Shown here: piece by piece, positions 1 through 12,829 of the stretch
Layout: every line of letters begins with the position of its first letter
Position numbering within the stretch: position 1 is the first letter of the stretch
Source: Chiloscyllium plagiosum
Lineage: Eukaryota
Assembly (NCBI RefSeq): GCF_004010195.1
Contig: NC_057733.1
Span: 30,449,938-30,513,937, forward strand
Length of the DNA stretch: 64,000 nt
Direction: 5' to 3'
The notes under the pieces: generated by a model
The model's input: only the letters and a program-made list of their open reading frames with translations
Told to the model about the DNA's origin: nothing
Databases searched by the model: none
Translations under genes and position numbers: made by a program

Positions 1-109
1 ACTCTCGGTACCAATGCCTTCCAGCTACACTGTGTTCTATCTATTAGAATGCACTGCAACAACTCCAAAGTGTTTCTTCAATCATCCCTTCAAAATCTGT
101 AAACTCTGT

Positions 110-398
110 GGGTGGCACAGTGGCTCAGTGGTTAGCACTGCTGCCTCACACCACCTGGGTTCAATTCCCACCTCAGGCAACTGTCTGTGTGGAGTTTGCA
201 CATTTTCCCCATGTTCGGTGTGGGTTTCCTCCCATAGTCCAAAAATGTGCAGGTTAGGTGAATTGGCCATGCTAAATTGCCCTTAGTGTTAGGTGCATTA
301 GTCAGAGGGAAATAGGTCTGGGTGGGTCGCTCTTCAGAGGGTCGGTGTGGACTTGTTGGGCCAAAGGGCCTGTTTCCACACTGTAAGTAATCTAATCC
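110..398 (+). mobile_element. HE1-like V-SINE (tRNA-derived shark SINE), internally deleted
   Basis: tRNA-like head with A box (TGGCTCAGTGG) and B box (GGTTCAATTCC), central GTGTGGAGTTTGCAC V-domain, tail GGGCCTGTTTCCACACTGTAAGTAATCTAATC; similar to the copies at 39015 and 54181. Confidence 0.85.
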
Positions 399-2352
399 AA
401 TACCAAGAAAGACAATAACCACAGTCACATAGGAAACCACTACCTCCGCCTTCCACCTTAAGGAAGCACCATCTGGATTTGACTTATATTGTCATCTCTT
501 TGTCACTGGATCAATGTCCTTGCACTTAGTGCAGGAGAATCTTCAACACATGGACCTCAAGGATACGATTTACTCTCATTTTCTCAAGGTAAACTAGAGA
601 TATGCAAAAAGACAGGATCAGCCACCAATGCCTATATCCTGCCTGAGGCTGATTTTTCTTTAAAGACGGACTCAACACAAAGGATCAATGGTGCATCACA
701 CTGGGACATCAATGAAGGGAATGGAAGACGAATATGGACAGAAAAATTGTCGTGAAGAAGAGCAGAAGTGTTACTATTGAAACTTCAAACTGTAATTAAT
801 TTTATGCAATGTAATTACATTTTGATAGTTCAGAATAAATTGCGAAGAAGTATGAAGGATTGCATTTAGAGAGAGTAGGCCTTACTATCTTGCAATGAAC
901 CATGATGTGTTCAGTTGATACATCTAAATGAACTTTACTAAGAATTTCCATTTGCAAAGGTGAGAATTGAGGTCATTAATAAAAAGCAGAAATGTGAATT
1001 TAAATGCATCATGTGTATGATTGCAAAACTATATACTCAGATAGAAATCAGCATCATTGTCATGCACTTAATAAAGAAAGCTAGCACAGAAACTGTTCAT
1101 GGAAATGATGTTTTTTGTGAATCAGCACATTTAAAATAGAAAATGTCTCATCCGTATTGTCCAGTCAATTGAACAGATGTTTGTCTCCACAATAATATAG
1201 AACAATACTATATATTTTTTTCAGGGTTAAACTATGGAAAATAATTGAAATTCATGTACACTCAAGATTGACTTTTGAGAAATGTTTTTTTAATACTTTT
1301 GTTACAAAAGCCATTTATTGTGAATTGTTATGAAAAGTGTAGTCAAGAGTATATGTTAACGCATGTACCAGGACAATGTCAAATTGTTTTAACTAACATT
1401 TATAGGATTTTAGGAAAGTAGATGACAGTATTGTGGAACAAACTTTTCTGAACAGCATCCTGAAATGTATATAAACTAGTTAGCATTTTCTTTCACTCTC
1501 TTTCCGTTTAACTTGCTCATATGTTTTTATGTCTTGTTTGTCGCTATCACTCTCAGGTTTCCTTTCTTTGCCTTTTGCTTATTGGTATTAGGAGCAACCA
1601 GTGAGATGTGAATTCAAGCAGTTTTAATTTATTTCCAAGTGGGCATCGGTTCACAGCACAGGAAGATGTTTCAACACAAAACAACAGTCTGAGTTATGAG
1701 GGCAATAACTGATCATGGAACTTGGAAATATCATTTAGGTACAATGGAGAACACTCATTTGAGGTGGGATTGAAGTTTATTGCAAGGGAAACTGAGCTTG
1801 TCATTATATCTTTGTTACAAATCCATTCTTGGAACATTACCTAGCAACATAATACTGTCCCAAGGACCAAAGTAAAGACCAAAACCTTTTCGTCGTCTGT
1901 CACTTCTTGTCTGTGTAACAACCAAAATTACATGGGGTGAATTGCACTGTGTAATATCGGTTAATGAGTGAATTAACATGAAATTACTTTGCTGTTTTAA
2001 CAGAAGCATGACTGCAATTACTTAAATGCTTCCTCGAAAATAGGACACAAGGCAATTATGGATACCTGGGAAGCTTGTAACTAATTCATGGGCTGAAACC
2101 ACAGGATAAATCTCTAACAGTTCAACAAAAGTCATCTGTAGATTATAGCTTGTAATGTACCTTGTGATTTTACATGATTATATATCATGGTTAACATACA
2201 ATGTTTTAGTTTCAAAAGAGCTACTGCAACCTGTCAGTATTCCACAGAGTGCATGGAGTGCCTACAGCAAGATCCAGGGACTTACACAAGCTGGTGCACT
2301 CCTTTCTGAAACAATTAATACAGGATCATTATTTCACTTGACTGAAGGTTCA

Positions 2353-2569
2353 TAGGTTGTATGGAATGAGCTGCCAGAGGAAGTAGTGGGGGCTGGTACA
2401 ATTGCAACATTTAAGAGGCATTTGGATGGCAATATGAATAGGAAGAGTTTGGAGGGATATGGGCTGGGTGCTGGCAGGTAGGACTAGATTGGGTTGGGAT
2501 ATCTGGTCGGCATGGACGGGTTGGACCAAAGGGTCTGTTTCCATGCTGTACATCTCTATGACTCTATGA
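2353..2569 (+). mobile_element. CR1/HER1-type LINE 3' end fragment
   Basis: Close match to 53380-53576 (encodes WNELPEEVV-AGTIATFKRHLD); ends in (CTCTATGA)n tail. Confidence 0.85.
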
Positions 2570-2654
2570 CAACAGGTTATGCAATAAAATAGAGCTCACT
2601 CCAAGAATATCTTATTAATTCCTGAATGTGATTTGTTTCATCATTTAATCACAG

Positions 2655-2715
2655 GTAAACAATGCAACTGCAAGAGTAATGACGAACAAAAAGACCCCCA
2701 ATCAATACACAAATG
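2655..2715 (+). CDS. RBFOX3: RBFOX3-like exon, 61 nt (end of RRM: VNNATARVMTNKKTPNQYTN-G)
   Basis: acag| acceptor and |gtaagg donor; VNNATARVMTNKK is the RBFOX family signature; phase 0 to phase 1 fits the next exon. Confidence 0.95.
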
Positions 2716-3737
2716 GTAAGGTAATCAGCAGTCGCTGACTCAGTTATTTCTATGGAGATTGTTTTTGTTATCAACAAATAAATTGTGACTTAAGAATTAA
2801 TATTAAATAAACAGCCTCCTTGAAAGTAGACTTACTTAGGGCCATATTTCTCCTTTTGAGTTGAGCACGGTCTATGCATGAACATTTACTTTTGGGATAA
2901 TTGCAAAATAGGTTTTATTGGACTATTTTTGTATTATTGGCTTTAAAAAATCAAGAAACCACAATAGGAATATAGACACTTGACTCTGGGGTATGCAAAA
3001 GTTGCTTTGCTGGACAAACTTAGATAAAGCTGTGATGAGTAAGTGCTCCCTGTGTTGTATCAAATTATACAAGCATATGAGTACGTGTACAAGAAAAATT
3101 ACTGATCTGAGCAACAGAAGATTAGTTTCCACAAGGACAAAGTAATAGGTTTTCAACTTCAATTATAGTATTTTTAAACCTGCGGGAAGTAACTTGTAGC
3201 AGCAATTAAAACTGCGCTGTTCCAGATTTGATTCATTCTGACCAACATATTGCAGTGCTCAGTATCATCCAGTCCATGGAGCAATCCATCCAAGCATCGG
3301 CATAGATGGAGAAGATTAACTTTTATAGATGACAGAAATATTGTCAGCAACTTTGTGCAATTAAATTAATTTTATTCAAACAAAAAGAATGGCCCTCCAA
3401 AATTGTCCACAACTCCTAAGAAATTGTTAATGTTTTATAATTGCAACAGCAAAACTAACACCCATTCCAAATTTGAGTTGGGAGGTCCAACTTCTTTTCT
3501 ACTTAATGATAAATAACAGAAAAAATGTCATTGTGTGTTGAGTTTTGAAATATATTTTCTGGTATAGCTTTTGCAGATAAGCATTTACAGTGAATTTTGG
3601 TGAATATTGACTAACAAATCTTTGAATTGAGTAACATGTTTGAATTTGCACAGAAGATGCTTTCTGCTGGTGCTACAGCGTGAGATTGGTGTCTACGTTG
3701 GCAATTTTGTGGCTCCACAATACTAAGGGATTTGAAC

Positions 3738-3968
3738 TGAGATGGAAATGTGTTGCTGGAAAAGCGCAGCAGGTCAGGCAGCATCTAGGGAACAGGAGAA
3801 TCGACGTTTCGGGCATTAGCCCTTCTTCAGGAATCCCATTCCTGAAGAAGGGCTAATGCCCGAAACGTCGATTCTCCTGTTCCCTAGATGCTGCCTGACC
3901 TGCTGCGCTTTTCCAGCAACACATTTCCATCTCTGATCTCCAGCATCTGCAGACCTCACTTTCTCCTC
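3738..3968 (+). mobile_element. Penelope-like pLTR insertion forming a 96-bp perfect inverted repeat, with hammerhead cores
   Basis: Arms 3739-3834 and 3838-3933 with a CCC loop; flanking 15-bp direct repeat CTAAGGGATTTGAAC at 3723-3737 and 3969-3983. Confidence 0.85.
3842..3869 (+). ncRNA. Minimal type I hammerhead ribozyme motif
   Basis: CUGAAGA-A-GGGC(UAAU)GCCC-GAAA-C-GUC; activity not shown. Confidence 0.65.
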
Positions 3969-4629
3969 CTAAGGGATTTGAACCCCTACTTTTACTCCTG
4001 CTGCAGCCTGTTATTAACATCGGTATATTTCTGGAGTTGAATGGACCAGGTTTAATCCGCAATCTAGACATCTCGAGAATCCAAGCATGCATTATGAAGT
4101 TTCACTGAAGCAAGTCATCTTGGCATTAGTCAAAATAAAATCAATGAAAAGGAGGCAGATTGAGTTTTAAAATGTCTCATGTTAAGGGATTCTTCCTCCA
4201 GCAATAATTCATAAACTGCAAATCAAACAATTGTCTCTCCTTAAACTTATTTTATTGTTTCTTCCCAATCTTCTTCATGAAAGGAAAACTTGGTTCCATT
4301 GCAATACTTGACAAATTGGAAATAAGACACTTTTAAACTTAATTTGTATTTTGTACCCATACGCATAGCAGTTGTGCTCTGGGAAATATTTTCCAGATGC
4401 AACTGGGAATTGTCGATACTACAACATTGCAGACATCAACTCGTTTGAAATAAATACGTTATTCTACCACCAAGGAAATATAAAACCACACCAACCGTAA
4501 CCCAGCAATATAACTAACGACTGCTGTCACTGGGAATCTGATCCAGTTGGTTGCAAACCCCTACTGCAAGAAGTGTCCTAGGGTTGATACCACCATGGTA
4601 ATTCAGCAGAGCCTGGGATATGGAACACT

Positions 4630-4765
4630 ACATTTAGAAGAGCTTTGTTGGACTCGAAACATTAACTCTATTTCACTCTATGCAGATGCTACCAGACCTG
4701 CTGAGTTCCTGCAGTATTTTCTGCTTTTATTTCAGATTTCCAATATCCACTTTTCTTTTGTTGTT
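4630..4765 (+). mobile_element. Degenerate Penelope-like pLTR fragment (older family)
   Basis: GAAGAG...ACTCGAAACATTAACTC...AGATGCT..CAGACCTGCTGAG layout, similar to 44820-45042. Confidence 0.55.
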
Positions 4766-4984
4766 GTTGTTGAAATTATTTAATTACTTTAAGCTCCTGG
4801 GTGAAGAAAATTAGTTGAGGCAAAATCCTGTTTATGGTGGAGAGATCACTGGCAGAAATGTGTGTTCATGTCAGGTGAAGAGTAGGCCAGGCTGTGATGC
4901 TTTGCTTGTTCAAACAGCCTCACAACCTTCCTAGTCAATTGGTTTGCATGGATAATGATCCTTGGGCGAGGTTACAAAGGTAGA

Positions 4985-5443
4985 CCTCTACCTGTAGAAA
5001 TATAACTCAAGGAAAGAGAGAGATTATATAGATTAGGGTTACTTTTCTTGGAGCAGTGGAGATGGAGGGGGAATAAGATTGTCATGTATAAATTATGAAT
5101 GGCATAGAAGGGTAGACAGGAGGGAATGTGTCCTCTTGGTAGAGGGATCAGTGACTAGGCGACATAAATTTAAGGTAAAGGGCAGGAGGTTGAGAGGGGA
5201 TGTGAAGAAAAACTTAAAGGGTGGTGGGTATATGTAATTGACTGCATGTAAGGGTGGTAGAGGTAGAAACCCGCATAGCATTTCAGAAGTATTTAGCTGT
5301 GCATTTGCAATGCTAAGACACACAAGGCTATAGACCAAGTGATGGAAATTGGGATTAGAATATTTAGATTTTTGACCAGCACAGACTCACTGGGCTGATG
5401 GGCCTCTTTTTCAAGCGGTAGACCTTTGTGACTCTATGACTCT
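4985..5443 (+). mobile_element. Degenerate CR1-type LINE 3' fragment
   Basis: Similar to the 3' part of the 51810 element; ends TGACTCTATGACTCTA. Confidence 0.7.
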
Positions 5444-5546
5444 AAAGTTGTGGAATAGCAAGAGAATGCATTAAGTAGTTGTATATCAATATGGTATAGT
5501 GTAATGTTAGGATCCAAACATTATACCTAACTGATTGGTAAAACAG

Positions 5547-5659
5547 GCAGAAGTGAGGACTGCAGATGCTGGAAACTAGAGTCTAGATTAGAGTGGTGCT
5601 GGAAAAGCACAGCAGGTCAGGCAGCATCCGAGGCAGCAAAAGCCCTTCATCAGGAATGG
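5547..5659 (-). mobile_element. Penelope-like pLTR fragment, internally deleted
   Basis: Reverse complement of 16455-16539-type sequence; flanked by TTGGTAAAA(C/T)AG direct repeats. Confidence 0.75.
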
Positions 5660-7557
5660 TTGGTAAAATAGACCAATTGTCCAGTTTTTCTTTGTAATAA
5701 AGGTAAATATTCTGCCATTGGATATTAAAAATTAACTTCTATCATTACAGAGGAAGATGTTTGAAGTATATTGAACAGATTCAGCTACAATAAATGAGGA
5801 AAGATATTTGAATATTTTGAATAGTTTGAAGTATTTAAATCCTATATCTAGACTGTCCAGACTGTATTAAGTGAAGTTCAAGGAGGGACAATGCTTCCTG
5901 AACAGTGGGAGTTCTCACCTCTGTAACCACTAGACCCATACTTAAAACACTTTGTCCTCCAACCGCACCACCATACTATCAGGAAAAATTTGGATTTGGT
6001 ACTGTCTGCAGCTACCAGTGTTAGTTGATGTCATGGAGATCTTTGAACAGGAGAATTTGAAAATACCAACTGGACATTTTTCTCCTCAGGTCATTTATTT
6101 ATAAATAGTGTGAAATAAACCAATTTTTAAAAAAAATGTTGTCAAATAAAGCCAATTCAGGAATGTAACTCGAGATTTGCTGCCTGCTCCAATTTAGATC
6201 CACTAACTTTTTACAAATCAAACAATTGGCTGTTATGTCGCCTTAGTCTTACCAGACCATAGAGGCTGCTCTCTCATAAGAGAGAAGCGACTGGTGGTGA
6301 TTTAACCTGAGAGCCACCAGACCTCAAGCAAGAGAAGAAGGTGAGTTCTTCATGGTAACCTCAAACCTGTGATGGGAATTGAACTCATGCTGTCAGCATC
6401 CCATTCTCTGTAAACCAATAATCCAGCCAACTGAGCTAAACTGATTCCCAATTTGCAAATAGGATGTCAGTGATTAAATATCAAGTTTTCAATAACTTTT
6501 CTGATGTTGAAGTTTACATCTACCTTTTGTTTGTTCTGTTGTCATAAACTAGTAGGAAGGAGAATTTATACTGATGGAACATCATGAAGACAATACTTTT
6601 GTAATAATGTGACTTGAATTGCAGTGCAGGAAGAAACAGTCAATTTGACCTCGAACCTTAGTCTCCTTATTTTGATCATGACTGAATTAATTTTGCAATG
6701 CAGGAAATGGTGATGTTGACAGCAACGTGGTGTTTTTGGTAGATTATTAACCAATAACCTACCTTAAGTGGATTTGATTTTAAATTAAACTAAGCAATAA
6801 CTGCAATCTAAAACAAAAAGTTTCGCTCAAATTTTCTTCTGTCAATATATGGACAAAGGCAAGCTTAGAATTGACAATAAAAACATGAAAGTCAGTTTAT
6901 TTCTTTGAATAGTTAGGATTTGGACATCAAATCAAATAATTACAATCAAAAGCAGTTGTCTGGTTAGCTATCCACTGAGCTACCGTGCCGCCTAAACCAT
7001 AATAAACTGTTTCAGATTGTAGTTAAAAAAAAAGTTTTAATGTGTTTAAACATTGTAAGCAACAGTGGTCACTCATTTGTTTCCCATTATGAGGCGAACT
7101 TTCTTTTTTCAATTCAAATCTCGATACAATCATGTGTGGATGTTATAGTGCATACCATTGTATCCAATGTGGGAGTTGGAAATCATCTGTAAATTAACAA
7201 TTTCATTAAAATATCACACAGAGGAATTGAACACAGTACGCCAGCTGGTGCATGAAAAATAGTGCGCAGAGTAACTTTAACACACGTTAGAAATTGTGAC
7301 TGTTTGCACTTTATTTCACCAGTGAGTTCACGTTATGAAAGATTTTTCTTGAAAGTGCAACTAACTGTGTGATTACTGGGAATTATTTTAAAATGATTGT
7401 TTTAATTGGTCAAATTTAGTTTCCAATGAGAATAATGACTGCACTCTGAGTCTACATTTTTCAGGAATATCAGTCTAGATTTTCTGATCCATATTATTAA
7501 CATAAATTGAAGAATACACAAAAAGAAAAATTAGGGATTTTTTTTGTGGTTAATTTA

Positions 7558-7778
7558 ATGATTTGGAGGTGCCAATGTTGGACTGGGGTGTATAAATTTA
7601 AAAATTACACAACACCAAGTTATAGTCCAATAGATTTAATTGGAAGCGCTAGCTTTCAGAGCACTGCTCCTTCATCAGGGGTTTGTGCACAACGACCTGA
7701 TGAAGGAACAGAGCTCCTGAAAGCTAGTGCTTCGAAATAAACCTGTTGGATTATAACCTGGTGTTGTGTGATTTTTAA
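7558..7778. mobile_element. Second-family Penelope-like element forming an imperfect inverted repeat, with hammerhead cores
   Basis: Minus-strand core CUGAUGA-A-GGAGC(AGU)GCUCU-GAAA-GC-UA at 7650-7678, plus-strand copy at 7697-7726; homologous to 51416-51525. Confidence 0.75.
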
Positions 7779-8263
7779 AATTTTTAAATAAGATTTTCTT
7801 TTGTTAAATAAAAGCTGTGTACTTTTGTTTACACTCTGACACTGTTGGAATGGAGAAAGAAGAAGATTTACTCTATTAAATTTATGAAGGATGGATTTAT
7901 AGTAATGCTGTTGGATCAGATTGACAGCGTGTAAATATGGAGGAACTGGAGGGAACAAACTAGCAAAAAACCATATATCAAGCACTGAAATAAATTTGTG
8001 ATTTTGTCAGCTCTTAAATAACTATGTTTGTCCACGTGTGTCAAACAAATAACTGTTTTTATGCCAAGCGATCTTCCTGTATTTGTTTGCATTCTTTTAT
8101 CTTGTCAATAGGGACTCCTGTTAAACTAACCTTTCTGGCTACATTGATGATTCTGCATGAATAATGTATTCTAGTAAATAAATACAAGTGTGAATTTAAA
8201 GTCGTGCTGTAATTACCAATCCTCTGTGTATGAAAGTGACTCTTAAACTGCGAGTGAAAATGA

Positions 8264-8404
<141 letters not shown>

Positions 8405-10099
8405 TAATTTTACAAGTCAGAAAATAAGTGAAAGCAATAAAGAAACCTGTGGGATAGCAGTATGAAAAGGAGAAACAGAATGATTGAAATGAAAGCAGGT
8501 GACGGAAAGAGCTCATTTTTCATTTTTATTTCCTTTTCCTGATGCTGTACCAAATCATCTTTAATGGATACTGCCTTCATTTCAAAGCAAGGCAGTCTGT
8601 CGGCTCACTTGATTAATTTACCACAAATCTTTTTCTCTCCCCTAACCATAGTACTGCAGTTTGCCAAGTCTAAACGTTACCATATGTTTTCTATTCCCCA
8701 GAGACGCAGTAAATAGCCGTCTTTGCCTGGCCACATTCCTTGGATATATTCACAAATAATTATCGAAGGATTTAATATACTTTCAAAAGGAATAAACTGG
8801 ATAGACAGTAATTAATCACTGTTTATCAACAGGCTCTCTATACTGGAGTTTAGTGCTATCAGTCACTGTAAATCCAGTACTGATGACAGGCAAGTCTCCC
8901 TCCATTCATCCCCAGGCTTAGTTTTATTATAGTCAAATCTGCTTCACCACAATGACAAATGGAGCCGTAACCTGTTTAAAGAGACTCTATCCCTTTTCTG
9001 TTACCCTGCACAGTCCAATTTTCTACCCAATATTTTACATAAATATCATCATGTTTTGCTGACTGAGGCCTTCTCACAGTTAGAAATTGATTTAAAGACT
9101 CTTGAGTGCAGCTTTTAAACCTGCTGCAACCAGCATCCAATGATCTGCTTGTCGATTTCCAGACAGTTCCATGAATTCAAAATGAAGCAGCGAGTGATCA
9201 CAGCTTACTTGGGGTTCTATGAAACCAGGACTATCAGAGAGCAGATCACTGCAGTAATTTTTTTTAAAATTACATTTAACCCATATCCAGCTGAATGGAA
9301 AAAATGGATTAAAGGATAGTGTCGTCTCTTTTTGAACCATTTTTCGACAATCTTGTGATAACTCCTTCCAAAACTTAACAAGAAAATCATTTTAAAATCA
9401 AGTAAGTGGACTTAATAAGAGATTATTGCTTTCTTTTGCAATAGGCACCAGTACAGAAGGTAAAAGTCATTAAGAAATTGTTCTAATTTTAAAGCCACAG
9501 TGCCTTGTACTTGTTTGTTTTTACGTGACATGTCAATAACAGAAAATCTCTCTGTCAAAACATTCCATTTAAACTGCCATCATTGTGAGGAAATTCCATT
9601 TTTCAACTGTCAATTTTACAAGTTTTTAATTTATGTACTCTTCTTACTGACTTCCATAATCTGAAATAATTTAGCGATTTACTGTTAGCCAAAACTCAGG
9701 TGAAGGATAAGGAAGAGGGGTGCGCAATTTCTTCTCAAAATGTATTTCCACTTTTAATTCCCCTGTCTTTTAAGTCTCTGAGTATACCTCTTCAAAGGCA
9801 TGTGAATGTGAATCACAGCCATATAAATGAATTCTTCTTCTGCAAAAAACAAATATTCTTAACTGCCACCCAGGGCCACTGAATCTTTTCAATCAGAAAC
9901 TCAGGGTAAGAGATGCTCTGCTTGATATGTGTGTGGCAAAATCATGAACGTGCTCCTGAAATTTCCTCTGATCAGCATTTCTTCGAAATCATAAAAACCT
10001 TTAATGGGTACAAGAAGTATCTACTGAGGAAATCCTTTGTATTTTTGATGTAAATGTGAGAATCGGTGATATTTAACACCAATCACTCCCATTAAGAAC

Positions 10100-10690
10100 T
10101 TAATATTCTGGAGCTTATGTAAAGAGATTTCTTCTCACCACTTTTCTCTGCTCACCTTTTCTGAAAATATTGTCTCCACTAAGCTGTAACACAGTTTGGG
10201 TTTTGACTGATCCTGCCTTTGTCTTAACTGGTATCAAGTCCAGTTGCTCTATCACCCTCTACTTGCTGATCGACATTCGCTCCTCGGCAAATAGTGTATT
10301 GAATTTAAATTCCCCATCATTGTTTTGAAATGCCTTCATGGGCTCACTTACCCCCAAGAACACAATCGTTGTCATCACCTTCAGCACTACAACCCTTTTG
10401 AGATATCTGTGCTCAGTTAATTCTAGTTTCTTAAGGTATTCCAAGTTTAATTGCTGCACCATTAGTGGCCATGCCTTCAGTTACCCAGATCCTGGGGTCT
10501 GGAATTCATCCCTTAAATCCCTCTGCCTCTCTACCCTGCTTTTCTCCTTCAAGACACTCCTTAAATTTTGACCAAGCTTTTGGTCATCCTGACTTATTAT
10601 CTCCTTATTTGGCCTTGTGTGTTTTTTTAAACAATGCTCCTATTCTGCACTTTGTGCCATTGCATTACATTAAAGGTGCTTAGATACTGC
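10100..10690 (+). mobile_element. Old L2-like LINE 3' fragment
   Basis: Degenerate GCCTTCAG...TCTGGAATTC..CCT...CCTTCAAGACACTCCTTAAA..TTTGACCAAGCTTTTGG..TAAAGGTGCT terminal pattern. Confidence 0.55.
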
Positions 10691-10699
10691 CAGCAGAGG

Positions 10700-11491
10700 A
10701 GTGTTTGCAGAATAACGAGCAGAAATTAAAATCAGAGATGCTGAAATGGTCAGAAATCATGCTAAATATCCTTTTTTAATTAAGCCTTTCTGGCCAGTCT
10801 TTTTAGTTACCTTCTGTCCTGAAGATATTTGTTATTTCCTGGGATAAGGGTACTCTGCTGTAATATGCCCTTGTGATGATGATGCTCCTTTAACAAGGTA
10901 TGAGATCCTTGGTTGTTTTTTTCAGAGGGATCATAAATGCAGAGTTGCTGAGAGGTCTAGGTTTGAAGGGTTTTAGGGCCAATTTGATTATAGCTAACAG
11001 ATACTGCCTTCGGCAAAAGGCTTTCAAGTTTAAAACAACTTGGACAATAAAAGGGGAGTGGCCAGTTCTCAAGCTCAGCTTTTCTCTGGTTTGGTTTGGT
11101 TTTAGCAATCCGTCAGTTATGAAGCTGCTGGACCCAAAGAAGCAGGTCCATGCTGATCCTTCCTCTTTCTAACATCTCTCCTGTAAGAACCTGTGTTGCA
11201 TTTTACCTTTTCTTTTGCCAAAAGTTGTTTATGGGGATTGTGCACGTATTTGAAACAGCATCATTATGTTGAGATAATCTGTTGGGTTTTCAGATATGTT
11301 AAGTTACTCTGTATTCTGCTCTTTGTTGTTTGTATTTCATTCAGTAATGTTGCAAATAAATTCTGCAAATAAACTCAGTAGTTGGGTCAGCTACATCGCT
11401 CCTGGAATATCCTGCTTAAAATAACGAGCAAAGTAAAGGTCCAGGCTACTTTCTTGAAATGCTTTGAGGGAGCCTGGTCTGGTCCATAACA
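10700..11491 (+). mobile_element. Putative solo LTR or non-autonomous element
   Basis: AATAAA followed by ...GGTCTGGTCCATAACA end; 3' part resembles 20400-21046; left boundary uncertain. Confidence 0.45.
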
Positions 11492-12829
11492 CCCTCCAGT
11501 ACCTTACACAATGAAACAGTACTCAGATTGAAACCTTGACAGGAAGTGACATGTAGGTTGTTCATCCATAAGGTCAGATGAACTGAACTCAATTATTCAA
11601 AAGAGATTACTTGCTTTTCAAGAACTGTGGTGAATTTCCCATTCTTGACCCAGAACGAGTGAGGATTACATGATCTCCAATAACTTCCGAGACAACATAC
11701 CCATTAATTACGAGGTCTTCAGCACAGTCCTTGCCTCTGAACCAGGAAGTTCAGGTTCAAGAAGTATCTACCTTTTTTTTGGAAAGCATGGGCAATTTGT
11801 CTAAGGGCACAGCTCCTTCAGACTTTTTTGCAAGTTATCTTAAGGAGTTAGATGTGCACATTGACCCTTGATTGGAATAACTAATAAGTACTGTTTGCTT
11901 TTGTAACCATGACTTTGTAACCAAGCCTTTGCAGATATGCATTGTTCAGCTATGCAGTCACTGAAGTTGCTAAACCATCAGGGAATTTGTATTGTTGAAA
12001 GATTAACAAAATATTTGGAGCAATGATTTACTTGCAGTATATTCTCAGTTAGTCAATTAGCCCAGCCTACACATGATAAGTTAAAAGTGCTTTGCAGAGC
12101 ATGTCTTTCCGTTATACCGATGTCAGCCATTTTACATAGAACAATACCTGATCAAATGTGTGACTGATTTGGAGAGAAGATGATTAATCCGCTGTTTAAT
12201 CTTCTGTTGATTAGCATTTTAATTGAATAATCAGTAGAGCTGTGATAGCTCATTCATTCCTTATTGGTTGCAGTGATGTAATTGTGATTGAGAGCGTTAC
12301 CTTCCAAACCATTTCTACGCTGGATATAGATAATCCAAACTGTGAATGAAAATGTCTTCAGCAATAAGTCCTCAACAATATTGTATAGGGTTGAAATGCA
12401 CTGCCAATGTAGTAAGGAGACAAATGGCATTGTTTGGCATCTGTCCAGATAATTCAGCTACACTGACTAATACAGCCTCAGTTACGCACACTCAGATATA
12501 CAAGCTGAAAGTGCTCCTTTTCCTGGTTTCTCCAAAGCAGAAAGCACCACTGTACATTTGGATCCGCATGTATTCCATGCATGCTCTTGCACGCACAAGT
12601 GTTTTGAGTACCTATGTCAGTCAAAATGCCCAGTGCTTGTCATTCACATCCTGACAGTATATTTATCTACCAAGATGTCAGTTTATGCTTGATGGGAATG
12701 TAATCCCTATTTGATGTGAACAACATGACATTCCATTGTCAAGATATGTATTGCATTTTGAGTTGTTAGCTCCTCACTTTAGGCTAGAACTGGATAATGT
12801 CACATCTGGATCACTGCTACAGGAGACAT

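Noticed and set aside
110-175. tRNA-like A/B boxes here and at 39015, 50160 and 54181
   Set aside because: These are SINE heads continuing into V-domain and tail, not tRNA genes
9874-9911. Possible 32-nt exon with strong AGG|GTAAGA donor
   Set aside because: Weak pyrimidine tract, frameshifting and no RBFOX homology; such matches are expected by chance
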